From positions 258,168,001 through 258,232,000 of the forward strand of contig OZ024743.1 in assembly GCA_964016885.1 (NCBI GenBank): 64,000 bases of DNA, given 5' to 3'. Source of the stretch: Eledone cirrhosa. Taxonomy: Eukaryota. Shown here one piece after another: positions 1-13,629 of the stretch (positions are counted from its first letter, which is position 1; every line of letters begins with the position of its first letter). A program made the position numbers and the translations under genes. The notes beneath the pieces are model-generated. The model ran no database searches. It saw only the letters and a program-made list of their open reading frames with translations, and was not told the DNA's origin.

Positions 1-3000
1 TAAGAGTGTTTAAATATCGAACATAAACAGTTCGAATAACGGTGAAATGGAGACTAGAACGTCATGTGACAGACTCTCACCCAACAGGTTCCCCCTGGCT
101 CAGCAGCAGGAACCTGACTGTCAACCAAATACTGCTGATGTTGGAGGAAGAAGAAGGAAAGGGGCCAGAACCAACTGGACGAAAGAATTGAATAGAACTG
201 TTATGCAATGCTACCTGAAAAGTAACCCCAAGGAGAGGGGCTACAGGAGACGGATGCATAACATCTGGAACGAGATTGGTTTATTTAAATTAGATAAACA
301 AAAATTGGCCGGGCAGGCTCGGGTAATAAGAACTAATGGGTGGATAAGCGAGCTGGAACTGGAGGAACTGAGCAGAGAGAATCGCTTGGAGATGGCGGGT
401 GTAGTATGCCAGACAAGCGAGCCGGTGGGAAATGAAGGTGAGGAGGTCCTGAGAACGGAGGAACCACCCGAAGCAGACAATGATCTGAATACTGAGATAA
501 ATAATACCTGGAACAGAGATACGGCCACTGAGGAGATGAATACTGACGGGCTAGGACAAGATTCGGTTGACATCCTAAATTTAGTGGTAGATGAATTGAA
601 CAATGATAGTGGGAGACCTATGAACCTAAGATTTGTAGACAGGAAAAAGTTAAAAGAAACAACAGCTAAGGTAAACAAAGTCATCCCATACCTTGAGACG
701 AGGAGCCTTCACCAGTGCAACAATATCCTCAAAGCAACAGCAAATACGGTGAGGAAACTACTTGGTATAAAAGCGAGAGGAAACAACAGACAAGAAAGAG
801 CAGAGCCGTGGTGGAAGAAGCGACTGAGTGGGCAAATCGGGGAAATGAGAAATGACATAGGAAAGCTTGAGTCACTACTGAATGGGACACTAAAAAACAT
901 AGGCACTAAAAATAGACTGGAAATAAAATACAAAACTAGGAGTAAAAAGCTAAATATTATCATAGAGGAATTGAAGCAACGCATTGTAGCAAAGAGTGCA
1001 AAAATCAGGCGATACGAGAACAGAGTCAGTCAGTATAAACAGAACCGCATGTTCGACAACAACCAGAAGATGCTGTTTGGACAGCTTGAGGGGAAAGAAA
1101 GAGGCAACGACTTGATCCCTGGGGCGGAACAAACTAAAACATTCTGGAGAGGAATATGGGAGCAGGATGTTAGACACAATGCCCAGGCAGGGTGGATTGA
1201 GACAGTACAAAGGGAGATCGGTGAGCAGGCACAGCAACAGACTGATTTGAGTATCACAGTTGAAACTCTTAAGGGGCAAGCCAAAAAACTAACCAACTGG
1301 AAATCACCAGGCCCAGATGGTGTGCAGGGGTATTGGATTAAACATTTAACATCCCTCCACCCGAAGCTGACGGCCATGTTCAATGACTGCTTGGTGTCGG
1401 GTGAGGTGCCAGAGTGGTTGACAAAAGGTACCACAGTTCTGATAATGAAAGACCGAATCAAGGGTAATGATGTTACCAACTATAGACCTATCACATGTCT
1501 GCCCGTAATGTGGAAACTGTTGACGAGCATTGTGTCTGAGGAAATCTACCATCACCTCCACACAAACAACTTGTTACCGGACGAACAGAAAGGATGCCGA
1601 AAGAAGTCACGTGGTACAAAGGACCAGTTGCTTATTGATAAGATGGTAATGGGGAATTGCAGGAGGAGACACACTGATCTTGCCATGGGATGGATAGACT
1701 ACAGAAAGGCATTTGACATGGTGCCTCATTCCTGGATCACCAAAAGCCTGGAGATCTTCAGGGTGGCGGATAACATCAGACAGTTGCTAGGCAGGAGTAT
1801 GGGGTCCTGGGAGACAGAGTTGACATCAACTTCGGGAAAAGTGAGAAGGAGTTGGATGTGCTTGTTGACACTGTCCGTATTTTCAGCAGTGATATATGTA
1901 TGCAGTTTGGTATTGGTAAATGTGGAGTCATTGTGATGAAGAGGGGTAGGTTGAGCAGAAGTAACGGGATCCAGATACCAACAGGTGAGATGATAAAGGA
2001 AATTGACTCTGAGGAAGGATACAAGTATTTGGGCGTTCTGGAGGCTGATGGCATAAAGAACAAAAAAATGAAGGAATTGTTAAGAACTGAATACATTCGG
2101 AGAGTAAGGAGCGTATTGAAGTCACATCTGAACAGCAGAAATGCCATAAGCGCAGTAAATTCTCGAGCTGTGTCTATTATTAGGTACAGTGCGGGAATTC
2201 TGAGATGGAATGTTGCTGAACAAAAAGAAATGGATAGGAAGACTAGGAAGCTATTGACTATCTACAACATGTTCCACAAGAGGAGTGATGTCGATAGACT
2301 CTACCTAAGGAGATCTGAGGGTGGAAGAGGTCTTATCAGCATAGAGGACTGTGTTCAGATGGAGAAAAACAACCTATACAAATACGTGACCTATAGTAAG
2401 GAGCCAATGCTCAGAACTGTACTGAAGGAGGGGACAGTAGGCCAGGGGATGTCCAAGGAGGAAATAACATCAAGGAGGAAGAGCAGCCTTAAGGGAAAAT
2501 CCCTTCATAGTACCTTCTTTGAGAAAACTGAATTTAGAGATCCACAGACATGGAACTGGTTGAGAAGAGGAGACCTCAAAAAGGCTACAGAAGGAATGCT
2601 AATGGCTGCGCAGGAGCAGGCCCTCAAAACGAAGTGGTTGAAGCACCATATCTACAAGGAGGAGGCTAGCCCACTGTGTAGGATCTGTGGAGAGAGAGAG
2701 GAGACTGTGGCTCACATTGTGTCCGAGTGTAAACACCTAGCCCAGACCCACTATAAGGGCTGGAGACACGATGTGATGGGCAGGGTGATCCACTGGCACC
2801 TGTGCAAAGTAAACAATCTACCACATTCTGAGAAATGGTATGAGCATAGGCCAGAGGCGGTGATGGAGAACAATCAGGTGAAGGTGCTGTGGGATTTTAG
2901 GATACAGACGGACAAAAAACTGGAACACAATAGACCGGACCTGGTGGTTGTGGACAAAGAAAAAAGATCGTGCCTGATTGTGGATGTGGCCTGCCCGTTC

Positions 3001-3356
3001 GACACGAGAGTGCAAGAGAAGGAGAGGGAGAAAATTAACCGATACCAGGACCTAAAGTGGGAGGTGAAAAGGATTTGGAACTGCCATGAAGTCAAAGTGA
3101 TCCCGATTGTCATAGGCGCACTGGGGACTATCTCCAAAAGTTTCCAGGGATGGTTAAAGAAAATCGGCCCCTTCACGCTTTTTGGAACGCTTCAAAAGGC
3201 ATGCTTGCTTGGAACAGCAAGAACCCTCCGATACGTCCTGAATATCTGAGGCTGCAGGTAGTGGCTTGATATTCAATCCAACGGACTTTCCAGTTAACCA
3301 ACATCAATGACTGAGATTCAAGGAATAACAATAACAATAATAATAATAATAATAAT
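1..3356 (+). mobile_element. R4/Dong-clade non-LTR retrotransposon (RT plus C-terminal restriction-like endonuclease), near full length, with (TAA)n tail
   Basis: ORF 47-1936 has RT motifs KSPGPDG, NYRPITCL, EQKGC, WIDYRKAFD. ORF 1852-3249 has YKYLG, CCHC knuckle CRICGEREETVAHIVSEC, RHD and RPDLVVVD endonuclease motif. 3' end runs into AAC/AAT repeats at 3325-3356. Confidence 0.9.
47..3249 (+). pseudogene. RT-RLE polyprotein broken by an internal deletion and frameshift near 1828
   Basis: WETELTS is joined out of frame to FGKSEKELDVLV; the expected QGDSLSP and (F/Y)MDD segments are absent. Confidence 0.85.
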
Positions 3357-4173
3357 GTCCATTTACAATTGTTTCGCTACTCCATATAATGTTTCTGGAT
3401 CAAATGATCATTATTGATCTGGTTCAGATGAAGAAAAGTAGCTTAGGTAAAAATTATGGAGCGGCTGGTTCTTCAGAACTTCAAAAGAGATAATGAAAAT
3501 ATTGATAACGATACGATGGAATAAGGAATATAAAGTAAGGTAAAGAAAGATGGTTACATGAATGTAATGTTCCATATATTGGTATTTCACGACGGTGTGC
3601 TGGGCCTATCTATTGTCTGCTATAGGCAAGCATTATTCTTCTGTCGAGGCTGTATTAAGCAAGATCTGCCTATGCGTAACAAAATGGCCACCTAAGGACA
3701 TTTACCTTACCAATTAGTGACGGGTTTCAAGGGAAGTAACTCCTTGAGAATTTAGAAATTGTAGGTCATTTATAGCTAAGAAGTGCTAATGAGCTTAAGT
3801 GAGAGACAGTGTAGTGGAGGTAACGTATAATTATCCAAGTCTGGGTTAAATATTTAACATGTTAGCTATAAGTAAAAGTGAGATTAGATGACTATGTTGG
3901 GTTGAATATTCTGTTGGCGAAGAAATTTGCCCTTTGATGTTTAGTAAGGTAAATGTCCTTAGGTGGCCATTTTGTTACGCAAAGGCAGATCTTGCTTAAT
4001 ACAGCCTCGACAGAAGAATAATGCTTGCCTGTAGCAGACAATAGGTAGACCCAGGACACCGTCGTGAAATACCAATATATGGAACATTACATTCATGTAA
4101 CCATCTTTCTTTACCTTACTTTATATTCCTTATTCCATCGTATCTTTATCAATATTTTCATTATCTCTTTTGA
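3357..4173 (-). mobile_element. ORF-less Penelope-type pseudo-LTR with an inverted partial copy
   Basis: Inverted arms of about 230 bp (3481-3710 and 3944-4173, few mismatches) abut a minus-strand hammerhead-like motif. Confidence 0.55.
3361..3479 (-). ncRNA. Degenerate type I hammerhead with long stem II
   Basis: Minus strand reads gtt-CTGAAGA-acca-gccgctccata...tatggagtagc-GAAA-caattg-TA-aat; stem III is the palindrome ACAATTGT. Confidence 0.5.
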
Positions 4174-4690
4174 GTCCATCGTGAGGATTGCCCCGCCCTC
4201 TTCCTTTAGCCGGGAAGGGCAGGCAGATTTTATCTGTCTGGTGGCCATGGCGAAAGAGATAGTATGATGGACACGTTTGAAAGGGCTGAAGACGAGCACT
4301 TACCTCTTCGGTGATGCCTGATCGAAAAGGAAAATCAGGGTAGAGAGGGAACTGCTCTCTCCCCAGCATTGTGTTGAAAGAAGGGTGAGAGAGGCAAGAA
4401 TGGCCCGAGTGAATGGGCCTACTCTGAGTATGTGTCTGTAAATTAAAGGTGGAAAACTGGGAGAGGGCACTTGCCCTGGTGGTCAGGGTCACTGTGACTT
4501 TTTAATGGGCTTTCTCCACGAATGTCCCTCGGAAGTCTCCCCCCTATTGGGGAATTTTTTCATTGTTCTATTATTACATTCTTTGTTTCTTTTTTTTACA
4601 CGCAGAAATGCCCTTTTGTACCGTCCTGTATTGTCCTGTACTGTCCTTAATGTCTACTTTGTGTAAACCCTTGTGGTTAATAAAGAAAGC
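4172..4690 (+). mobile_element. 3' fragment of an L1/Tx1-like LINE
   Basis: Decayed C-terminal reading ESIVRIAPP..FICLVAMAKEIV*WTRLKG..RKIRVERE, then a T-rich 3' UTR ending near AATAAA (4679). Family call is from resemblance only. Confidence 0.45.
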
Positions 4691-4713
4691 ATTATTATTA
4701 TTATTATTATTAT

Positions 4714-5058
4714 TGTTCTTTGAGTCTCAGTCATTGATGTTAGTTAACTGGAAAGTTTGTTGAAATGAATATCAAGCCACTACCTGCAACCTTAGATATT
4801 CAGGACGTATCGGAGGGTTCTTGCTGTTCCCAGCAAGCATGCCTTTTGAAGCGTTCCAAAAAGCGTGGCGGGGCCAATTTTCTTTAACCATCCCTGGAAA
4901 CCTTTTGAGATAGTACCTAGTGCGCCTATGATAATCGGGACCACTTTGACTTCATGGCAATTCCAAATCCTTTTTACCTCCCACTTTAAGTCCTGGTATC
5001 GGTTAATTTTCTCCCTCTCCTTCTCTTGTACTCTCGTGTCGAATGGGCAGGCCACATC

Positions 5059-5060
<2 letters not shown>
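4714..5060 (-). mobile_element. 5'-truncated second copy of the R4/Dong element, inserted in a (TAA)n tract
   Basis: Near-identical to about 2981-3325 (DVACPFD...LRYVLNI* plus 3' UTR). (TTA)n lies on both sides, at 4691-4713 and 5060-5131. Confidence 0.92.
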
Positions 5061-5132
<72 letters not shown>

Positions 5133-5139
5133 CGTACAT

Positions 5140-5336
5140 AGGGCGGTGGATTGGCAGTATCGGTAGAGGGTCGGACGCCATGCTTTGATGCATAGAGTTA
5201 CGGCCCTTGCCATTCTGAGTTCAAATCCCGCCGGGGTTAACTTTGCCTTTCATCCTTATGGGGTCGATCAAATAAAGTACCAGTAATACACTGGGTAATT
5301 GCTGGCCTTGTGCCAAAAGTAGAAACAATTATTATT
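5140..5336 (+). mobile_element. tRNA-derived SINE, family A (resembles octopus OR-type SINEs)
   Basis: A-box-like TGGCAGTATCGG, B box GAGTTCAAATCC, body GCCTTTCATCCTTA.GGGGTCGAT..AATAAAGTACCAG; many copies in the window. Confidence 0.8.
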
Positions 5337-5599
5337 CCTTACATTAAACTGCAACTATGTTGACACTCTTTAAATAACGTCTTCCATGTGAAATTTGTGG
5401 TCTTGTTTTGCTTAACTAATGAATATTTCCAGCTCTGAGCACCTAATCTCTGAATGAACTCAGCCATCTAGTTGCCTTCTACTGTATATTGCACATTGAG
5501 CACATGCCTTTACGCTTTGGCTTCTAACAAATTCACCAATCTCTCTTCTCCTCTCCTATCTCCATCTCTCCCTTTAAGATTGGTTTACTCTTTAACCGT

Positions 5600-5821
<222 letters not shown>

Positions 5822-6162
5822 GGAGGCACATGGCTTAGTGGTTAGAGCATTGGGCTTGCAATCGAAAGTTTGTGAGTTCAATTCTCAGACCGGGTGATGT
5901 GTTGTTTCCTTGAGCAAGACACTTTATTTCACATTGCTCCAGTTTACTCAGCTGTAGAAATGAGATGATAGGGACTGGGGTCTCTATCATTCCACTACAA
6001 AGTGGTCGTGGAGGTGCCACACCAAAAAAGCACCCAGCACTCATTGTAAAGGAGGTTGGTATTAGGAAGGGCATCCAGCTGTAGAAATCAAGCCAGAATG
6101 AGTTCCCGTCCCACCCTTGCAAGCAGGGAAAAAGCGGACGTAAAATGAGATGATGATGATGA
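5822..6162 (+). mobile_element. tRNA-derived SINE, family B, with RTE-derived 3' tail
   Basis: A box TGGCTTAGTGG, B box GAGTTCAATTC, CCTTGAGCAAGACACTT core. The tail AGGAAGGGCATCCAGC...(GAT)n is shared with the RTE 3' ends in this window. Confidence 0.85.
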
Positions 6163-6508
6163 AATGATATATATATATATATGTATTGACCCCTCCCCAT
6201 CCACACACCCACACACACAGCCCACACACACCTTTTCCTGAACATGGAACCCCGTTCTTCCCCCAACTCTCACATTCACACACACACACGTACACCTACA
6301 CACACACACCACCTTCAGCTCTCCCTGCTCGGACACCCTGCCTCCTTCTCCCCACTCCACCCGCCCCTACATGCCCCACACCCTTTCACCACTTGTTTTT
6401 ATTATGCTTTTATATTTATTTTCATTTGTACCGTTTCCCCTATTTTCTAAATGTCTCTCCCCCACTCCCCTACACACCCTTGGAACTCTCTTCCCACACA
6501 CTTTTCGC

Positions 6509-6538
6509 CTGAAGAAGGGCTTATGCCCGAAACATCGT
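6509..6538 (+). ncRNA. Hammerhead core in a solo pLTR-like segment (about 6190-6630)
   Basis: CTGAAGA-a-gggc-ttat-gccc-GAAA-catcgt with a perfect stem II; no convincing stem I partner. Confidence 0.5.
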
Positions 6539-6623
6539 TCCCCACCACCACCCCACTCTCAAGAGCGTGAAACTAATAAACCTTTGTTCGTACTGCCTCT
6601 CTGTTTTGTTCCTGTTCAATTTT

Positions 6624-6672
<49 letters not shown>

Positions 6673-6839
6673 CAGTGTGAAGAAGATATGAATGGAGGAC
6701 ACATATATGGATATGTTTTCTTTCTTTCTCTTAAATTTGAGTTTATTTTCTTAGTGGCCACCTTCCCAACCTTGAGGTTGTGAAGAAAAGGAAATTTTCA
6801 TTATCTCAAGAGCAATCATTCCTCATTTGGATCATAAGA

Positions 6840-7100
6840 ATATTTTACAGAATTTGAAGTTTCCAGATGTCATGGGCATTTGTGTTGGGATTTTTTTACC
6901 ACAAATTCATATTCAGTCATACTTTGGTCCAGGGAAATTGGTATATATCATCCTATAACTCCAATAATACTTGCTGAACATTTATTTTGGGTACTGGATC
7001 TGCAAACTCTTCATCAATGATCCATAGATGTCCTCTCTCTTACTACATTAACACTAAGTGGGCAGCTGACTTCTACAACAAGGCATGTTTTTAATATGTG
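6840..7100 (-). pseudogene. Ancient RLE-endonuclease relic of an R4-like LINE
   Basis: Minus strand reads CLVVEVSCP..NV, then LQIQYPK, then IIGVIG*YIP, through stops and frameshifts. This is collinear with IVDVACP...IVIGALGTI in the 1852-3249 ORF. Confidence 0.45.
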
Positions 7101-9924
7101 GTTTCAAACAACAGTATCATGCCGCATTTCATTTGGTGGCAGTTTTAATTTTTAGTTTCCACCAGTATATGTGTATATACATGTATGTATATTGTAGCAT
7201 GGAAAATGATGTATGTATGTTTGCATGAGTGTGCACGTATGTATATGCGTGCTTGTGTGTGTGTGTGTTTGTGTATGTATGCATGATTGTAAGTATGTAA
7301 ATATATTTTCACTGATTTTGGTACTGAGACTATCACGTTTTATGCATTTACTTGTGTTTGTAATATTTAATATGGCTACATATAATGTATTTCAGGAAGA
7401 AAACAAAAATAAAACATGAAGTATATTGGTTTCATGATTTTCATTGATAGTGGAATGATTTTTCAGCACAAAGTCTTTATTTCCTTATCTGCCATACAAT
7501 CAATGTTCATTCATATTGAAAAGGTTTAGTTCAAAACCACCAACAACCAACCACTCAGCCAGCTGATCCAACACTCACCAGAGGCGTTCTATGTTCTTCG
7601 CTGAAGAATTTTGTTAGAAAGACAGCTAAGCTGAAAAACTGGTAATAATGGATGGCTGTAGTTAAAAACAGAAATTGATACTGAAAATTTTTGATTCTAA
7701 TATATTGACTGGAAGAAATATACATTGCTAATGGTAAAAAGATGACTAGAATTTGTCTGTAAGAAGCTACTTGATCTTAGAAAGTTCTTGACAGGCAGGC
7801 ATAGATAAGAGAATGACTTCAAATATGATTTAAAGATCATAGATTTTGATATCGGAGAGGTTAAAGTGATAGTGTCAAAGTCAGGAATCTTGTCTTGGCA
7901 AATGTCATAAGATGATAGATTGCTTAATGGGCTGAGATTGCTTCTAGAATTAGCAAGTTCACATCAACTACAGAAATAGCACAATCATTTCGGAGGACTC
8001 AAGATACACTAATTTAAGCAAGATTTGTGGAAATGTAGCATAAATAGTTATCCAGAAGGGATATATATATATATGTGTGTGTGCCTGTGTGAGTGTGTGT
8101 GTTTCCAATATAGTTTATTCACCAAGAAACAGAAAGTTATTTAAAAAGTTCTTTCAGTATCTATTACATCATCTTTTCTATTCAACATATGTCATATTAA
8201 CCCTAATGGATGGATTCTCCAGTCAGATATTCAAACAACTGAACATCCAACTCATTAATCTTTTTTTAATTGTTGAAATTGCTGTTAACTTAAAATAAAA
8301 GAAAGAAATTTAAAATTCATCTACATTTGCATATTAAAAAAAGAAAGAAAAGAAAAGAGAGAGAAAAATTTAAATAGTAAAAGTAAAAGAAATATGGGAG
8401 GAAGTGCCAGACTCTTCAGCCCAGTCTAGGTGGTATGTCTCAGCTGTAACCTTGCAGACAGAATTACATTGAATTAATATGTATTTTCTAATCACCATTT
8501 CCATTTACAACTGTGTAGTCTCTGTACGACAACTTGTCCAACCCATGCAAGCATGGAAAATAGATGTTAAACAGTGATGATCATGATATTTCAGCTGGTA
8601 TTTGAGAAAGCTGAAGATAGCCTTTTTTTTTAAAGCTAATTACTTCCCAATCGAGGCCAGACTGCTAGAGTATACTATCTGCCAGTCATAAATCGTTGTA
8701 GAAACCTCATCACTTTTCAGGTGAAAGGAGGCAGGATTTGAGCCCAGAAGCACAGAGTTAGAATGGATAACCACAGATAAAACTCTTCTAATAAACAACA
8801 AAATTCAACCATTAAACTATTTAAATTACAAAAAATGCCACCACAAGGTAACCTGCATTGATTAAGTTTCCCCATGTCTTCTTTTGATGTAGGCATTTTA
8901 TCTAAAAACATTTTGAGAATTAAACTCCTTCAAACTAAGATTCCAACAAATTTGTTATCATTATTTTCAACATTTAATGCTCTATTTGCACTGGAGCATC
9001 CTTCTACAAAATACTATTTTCAACATGTTTTGTGTTATAATGTCTTAGTCTCATATTTTAAACTCTAAAGAAACAATACAAAATCAAAAACAAAGGAAAG
9101 CATATAACCCACCACCATTGTTTTGAATTCTTTTGAATTTTCCTTATGATAAACTACAGAAACCACATGTCAAAATAATGGGGTAAAAAAACTTTAGTCT
9201 ATTCTCTGTCATTTCTTTATTTATTCTTATAGAATTTTAACTTATTGAATAATTATATGAATTACTTCTATATTTTTCAGATCATTTCTAGTTAATGTAT
9301 TCATTTAAATGAGTATTATCAGATTATCAATTTGAGAGCTGTTCCTCAATTAATTTACATATCAAGAAATTGGAGGTTTAGGCAAATACAAAAGCCTCTA
9401 TTATTGCGAAATCTCAAAAGAAAACATTTCAAAAGAAGTTTTTCTTTGCTTCGAAACAGAAATCCAAGTTATTTTTGGCTAAATGCCAGCCCAATCAATA
9501 TGATTTGACAATCAAGTCCTCGGAGAACTAGAGTTCTAATCTTACCACTTTCAGATGCACTTGTGTCATCTGAATTATTAACAAGATTATATAGTTGTTC
9601 AGTGATTAGACAATAGGATTAGAGCTCTTTTGAAGTGTTGCTGACTCTAGTGGAGCAGAGCGGAGGTTTTGCGTGTGATATATATGGCTTGTCAGATTAG
9701 TTTGCTCTTGTGACAAAAGATATTACAACAATGACTTCTTTTAACGAAGTTATTTAATTTTGGTGGTCATCTCTTACATAGTACCTGCTGCTACTTGAGT
9801 GGACATAACACGATAACTGAATTACGATTTTCAAGTTGGATTTTATAGAATTGTTTATATATGTATATGAATATGTGTGTGTATATGAATGTATACATGT
9901 GTGCGTGTATATGTATATGTATAA

Positions 9925-9968
<44 letters not shown>

Positions 9969-10792
9969 GTAAATATATGTGTATGTATATGTAAGTATAG
10001 CTATATGTATGTATATGTAAGTATATCTATATGTATGTATATGTAAGTATATCTATATGTGTATATATATATACATACATACATAAACACACACACACAC
10101 ACACATCTCGCTGCACCATATATCCTCACAAGTTTCCGTTTCAAGTAAATAGCCAGTGTTTTAGGTCCAGACAATTCTCTTCATTGAGAAATCTAGTCAA
10201 TGTTTCTTCATTAAATAGAAATAAATGTCGGCTGTCTTGAGATTATTTACCATCGAAGATACTGAGTAGCTGTTACAGTCAATTGCCAGTGAAAATCTCT
10301 GCTCTGATCAATGAAGTTTCACTACGTTGCTCCTTCCTAGAACAACTCTAACTGTTTATCAAAAGTTCTGTAGATACTTATATACTTGTACGACTGTACA
10401 ATATACTGAATTGTGTGGTAGTGATTTCAAATAATTTAAACTAACTCTTTTGTAAACTATACACATAAATAGTTTAGATAGTTGTAATTGTTCAATAAGT
10501 TCTGTATGACAAACAGAAATCTGGAAACTGATTTTAATAAGATTATATAGACTACTCTGGTAACAGAAGAAAAAAGAGTTAAAGGTAGTTCTTCCCAGCT
10601 ACTGAAGCAACAAAATAAGTATAAATAACCACACAACAAGACATCACATAGTATATTAAAGCCAACAAAGCCACACCAAACTATACATATTAGTACAAAG
10701 CCATTCAAGCAACCACATAATACCTTGTTTCAAGGCTGCCACAACCCTATGGTATCACACCAAGTTTTAGACCAATACAACCTACTGCCTTT

Positions 10793-10823
<31 letters not shown>

Positions 10824-11444
10824 AGTGATAATAGTGACATGTGCAGGTGCATAAGTTTCTTTGGGTTATACACACCAACTCATTCAGCCTGTTATATAAA
10901 TGAAAAATGGCTACCTCCACAGATTATTTTGAGATTTTAAAAAAATACATGACAGTTCTTCAAGAACAAGTAATTTTGAATTTAGCTATAAATAGTTTAG
11001 ATAATACAAAGGGAGGTAACTATCAAAAATCTACAAAGGGGGTAACTTGTGCAAAATTAGTAATTCAAAAAAATTATATACCTTGAAATTAAAATTTTCT
11101 TAGAATGAATTTCACTTTCTGTGTAGAGTGACTAAAGCAGTCATGATAGGTATTTAAGCAGTGTTTCTCTGAAGTTAATTGCGAGAGTATATTTCACTTT
11201 TCTGAGTTACATAGCCGGCAAAATTTCATTTCATTAATGTAGGGGTGAATATTTCTGATATACTCCATTTAATGGAAAATGTTGTGTTGGTATTTGTAAG
11301 GTTCCACACATTGTTTGAGAGCTGCGTGGCATGTTTCTTTTGTCAGGATGACTGGAGGCTCTTTCGTGGTTCATCTTTTGGAACAGCTCTCAAGCATTCC
11401 GACACAAGTTCAGGCTTCAATTTGGTGGTTCTGGTTTGAAGTGG

Positions 11445-11742
11445 TCGTATAAGAGTCACAACAAAAAGTGCCCTGTCCACACTGTAATGTGGTTGTGTTG
11501 GAGACATGACAAAAAGTGCCCAGTCCATGCTGGAAGGTGGTCGTGTAGGTGTCAGGACAAAAAGCACCCAGCACACACCGTAAATGTGGTTGCCGTTAGA
11601 AAGGGCATCCAGCTGTAGAAACCAAGCCAAAATCAGCCCTGTATGAGCAAAACATAGTCCTCTGACCTGATTTCTACTAAAGGGTCAGCCTGTCTTACCC
11701 ATGCTAGCATGGAAAATGAACGTTAAACGATGATAATGATGA
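11445..11742 (+). mobile_element. RTE-type 3' tail fragment
   Basis: Short internal repeats, AGGGCATCCAGCTGTAGAAA, CATGCTAGCATGGAAAA and a (GAT)n end. Confidence 0.65.
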
Positions 11743-11744
11743 CT

Positions 11745-12590
11745 TCTGCTTGATATATCACCCTTGGAATGTTGCACTGTTGATCAAATGGGTATGTCTC
11801 TGACCTTTTGCATGAGCATCCATAAGGTGGATAGCTTTTGTATTTGCCAATGTTGTGCACTTTTATGTTACTGGTACAAGATTGAATATCTGTTGGAATT
11901 TATATCCTACAGGGAAATGAAGATCTAGGAGGGCTAGACCTTTTCTACCTATATTGGTCTTCACTTTAAGTGTGTGTGTGTATGGTGGTGCAAACCACAC
12001 AACATCTGTATGTCTATTTTTTCCTTACTAGATGTATAGCAGTGATCTGGAGCGTAAGTGATTCTTTTGGAGAAGCTACTGTTGTTTACATCTGAGTTGT
12101 AGTAGGGTGCTGCCCTGTCAAAGATGGCTTTGCTAGAAGACATGTTGGATATGCTCTTACTGATGTTATTAATAAGACTTTTTAAAACTATAGTGGCGGG
12201 CTAGAGTCCTTATGAATGTACTTAAGTTTCTCACTAGGTTTATGGAATGGTCTGTATGTGTGTATACATAGGTTTAAATTAACGTGTTGGAGGTTAATAA
12301 TGGTGGGGTTGGTAGATATTTTAATTTTTAAGACTGGGCTGCTGAATGTAGTAATCAGGTTTTTTTCTAAATGTGTCATCGTCATAGCCACTTTTATGGC
12401 TTGTTAGTGCCAGACTGTCATCACGATATAGGCCCATATGGAAATCAGGGAATTTCTTACATAGTGAGTCTAAGATAAAAAGGCCCACCAAGTCACATAT
12501 ATCAGCACTGTCAAATGCTCCCATTGGCACATTGAATGGGTCATTGTTAGTGGATTTCTTTATCTAGTTGTCCTCATTATTAAAGAGTGA
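11745..12590 (-). pseudogene. Decayed Penelope-like RT/linker fragment
   Basis: MGAFDSADICDLVGLFIL..GLYRDD, YRPFHKP..LKYIHKDS and IFDRAAPYYN match the 36600-38421 element. Confidence 0.8.
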
Positions 12591-13629
12591 AAAAATACTG
12601 AATCAAAGATAGTTTCTACAAAAAGTCTAGCAGATATCTTTTATTTCTGAAACGCTGGTCTGCAGAATTATTTGGTTTTAAAGATTCTAATGAAAATCTT
12701 AAAATATAACAGATTAAGAGAAGTTTATCCACTTACATAATGGTTCTTCTACTGAGAGACATGAAATATATAATCCTTCATATACATACACATACATATA
12801 TACATACAATAAAAACATATATATATAATTCCCCATACACAAATCCAAAGGAAACATTCGTAGCCCCCTAAATTCATGCACACACATATACATATATACA
12901 ATTAGAAACGGTTGCCAACAAGCTGAGAGTGTCAGCAAGCAAGTGTTACTTGCTGTGTAATTACTTACTATGGTGATATCTATCTGTCTTTCACACACAG
13001 TCTCTCTCTCTCACTATATTTCTTTCTCAACATTTTGTTTGGGAAAAACAGTTTTGGTTCATGAACATTTAGGATGACAACAGCTCTCAAGAATGAATTA
13101 ACTTCATGTGCTGAGGTTCCACTGTATACAGATTTCTGTGGATGTGCATTTGTGCATTCACTAATTAGGTAAATTTTTCATAGCATCAGCATTAGATAAA
13201 TAGATGCAACTTGGCTGATTGGTTAAGAAGTTTGCTTTGCAAATTTAAGGCCTTGAATTTGATCCTAGTGTGTGGGGCATATAATGCTAGTATCATATAA
13301 CCTAACATCCAGTTGATTCAAACCCTGTGAGAGAATTTGGGTAGTGGAAATCTGCTTTCACTTATCAGATGGACTATTTCTGTAATTCAATAAGCTCAGT
13401 CCATACTGTAATGTGAATCATGCTGAGACGTACAATAAGAGTGTATATGAAATCTTAAGCCGCTAGCATGTTGCGCGGTCGATATAATAAAGTACCAGTA
13501 ATACACTGAGATAATTGCTGGCCTTGTGCCAAAAAGTAGAAACAATTATATATATATTCATACATGGATACATGTTTACAGTAATTAATATAGAATGAAT
13601 ATATATAGACATAATTATGAATATATATC

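Noticed and set aside
80-136. Hairpin near the R4 5' end as an HDV-like ribozyme
   Set aside because: I could not build the nested double pseudoknot by eye.
5822-5895. tRNA gene
   Set aside because: A and B boxes are present but the sequence continues into a repeated SINE body with no clean acceptor stem.
8710-8850. TTTTCAG acceptor and AAG/GTAACC donor
   Set aside because: Stops occur in all three frames and there is no supporting neighbouring exon.
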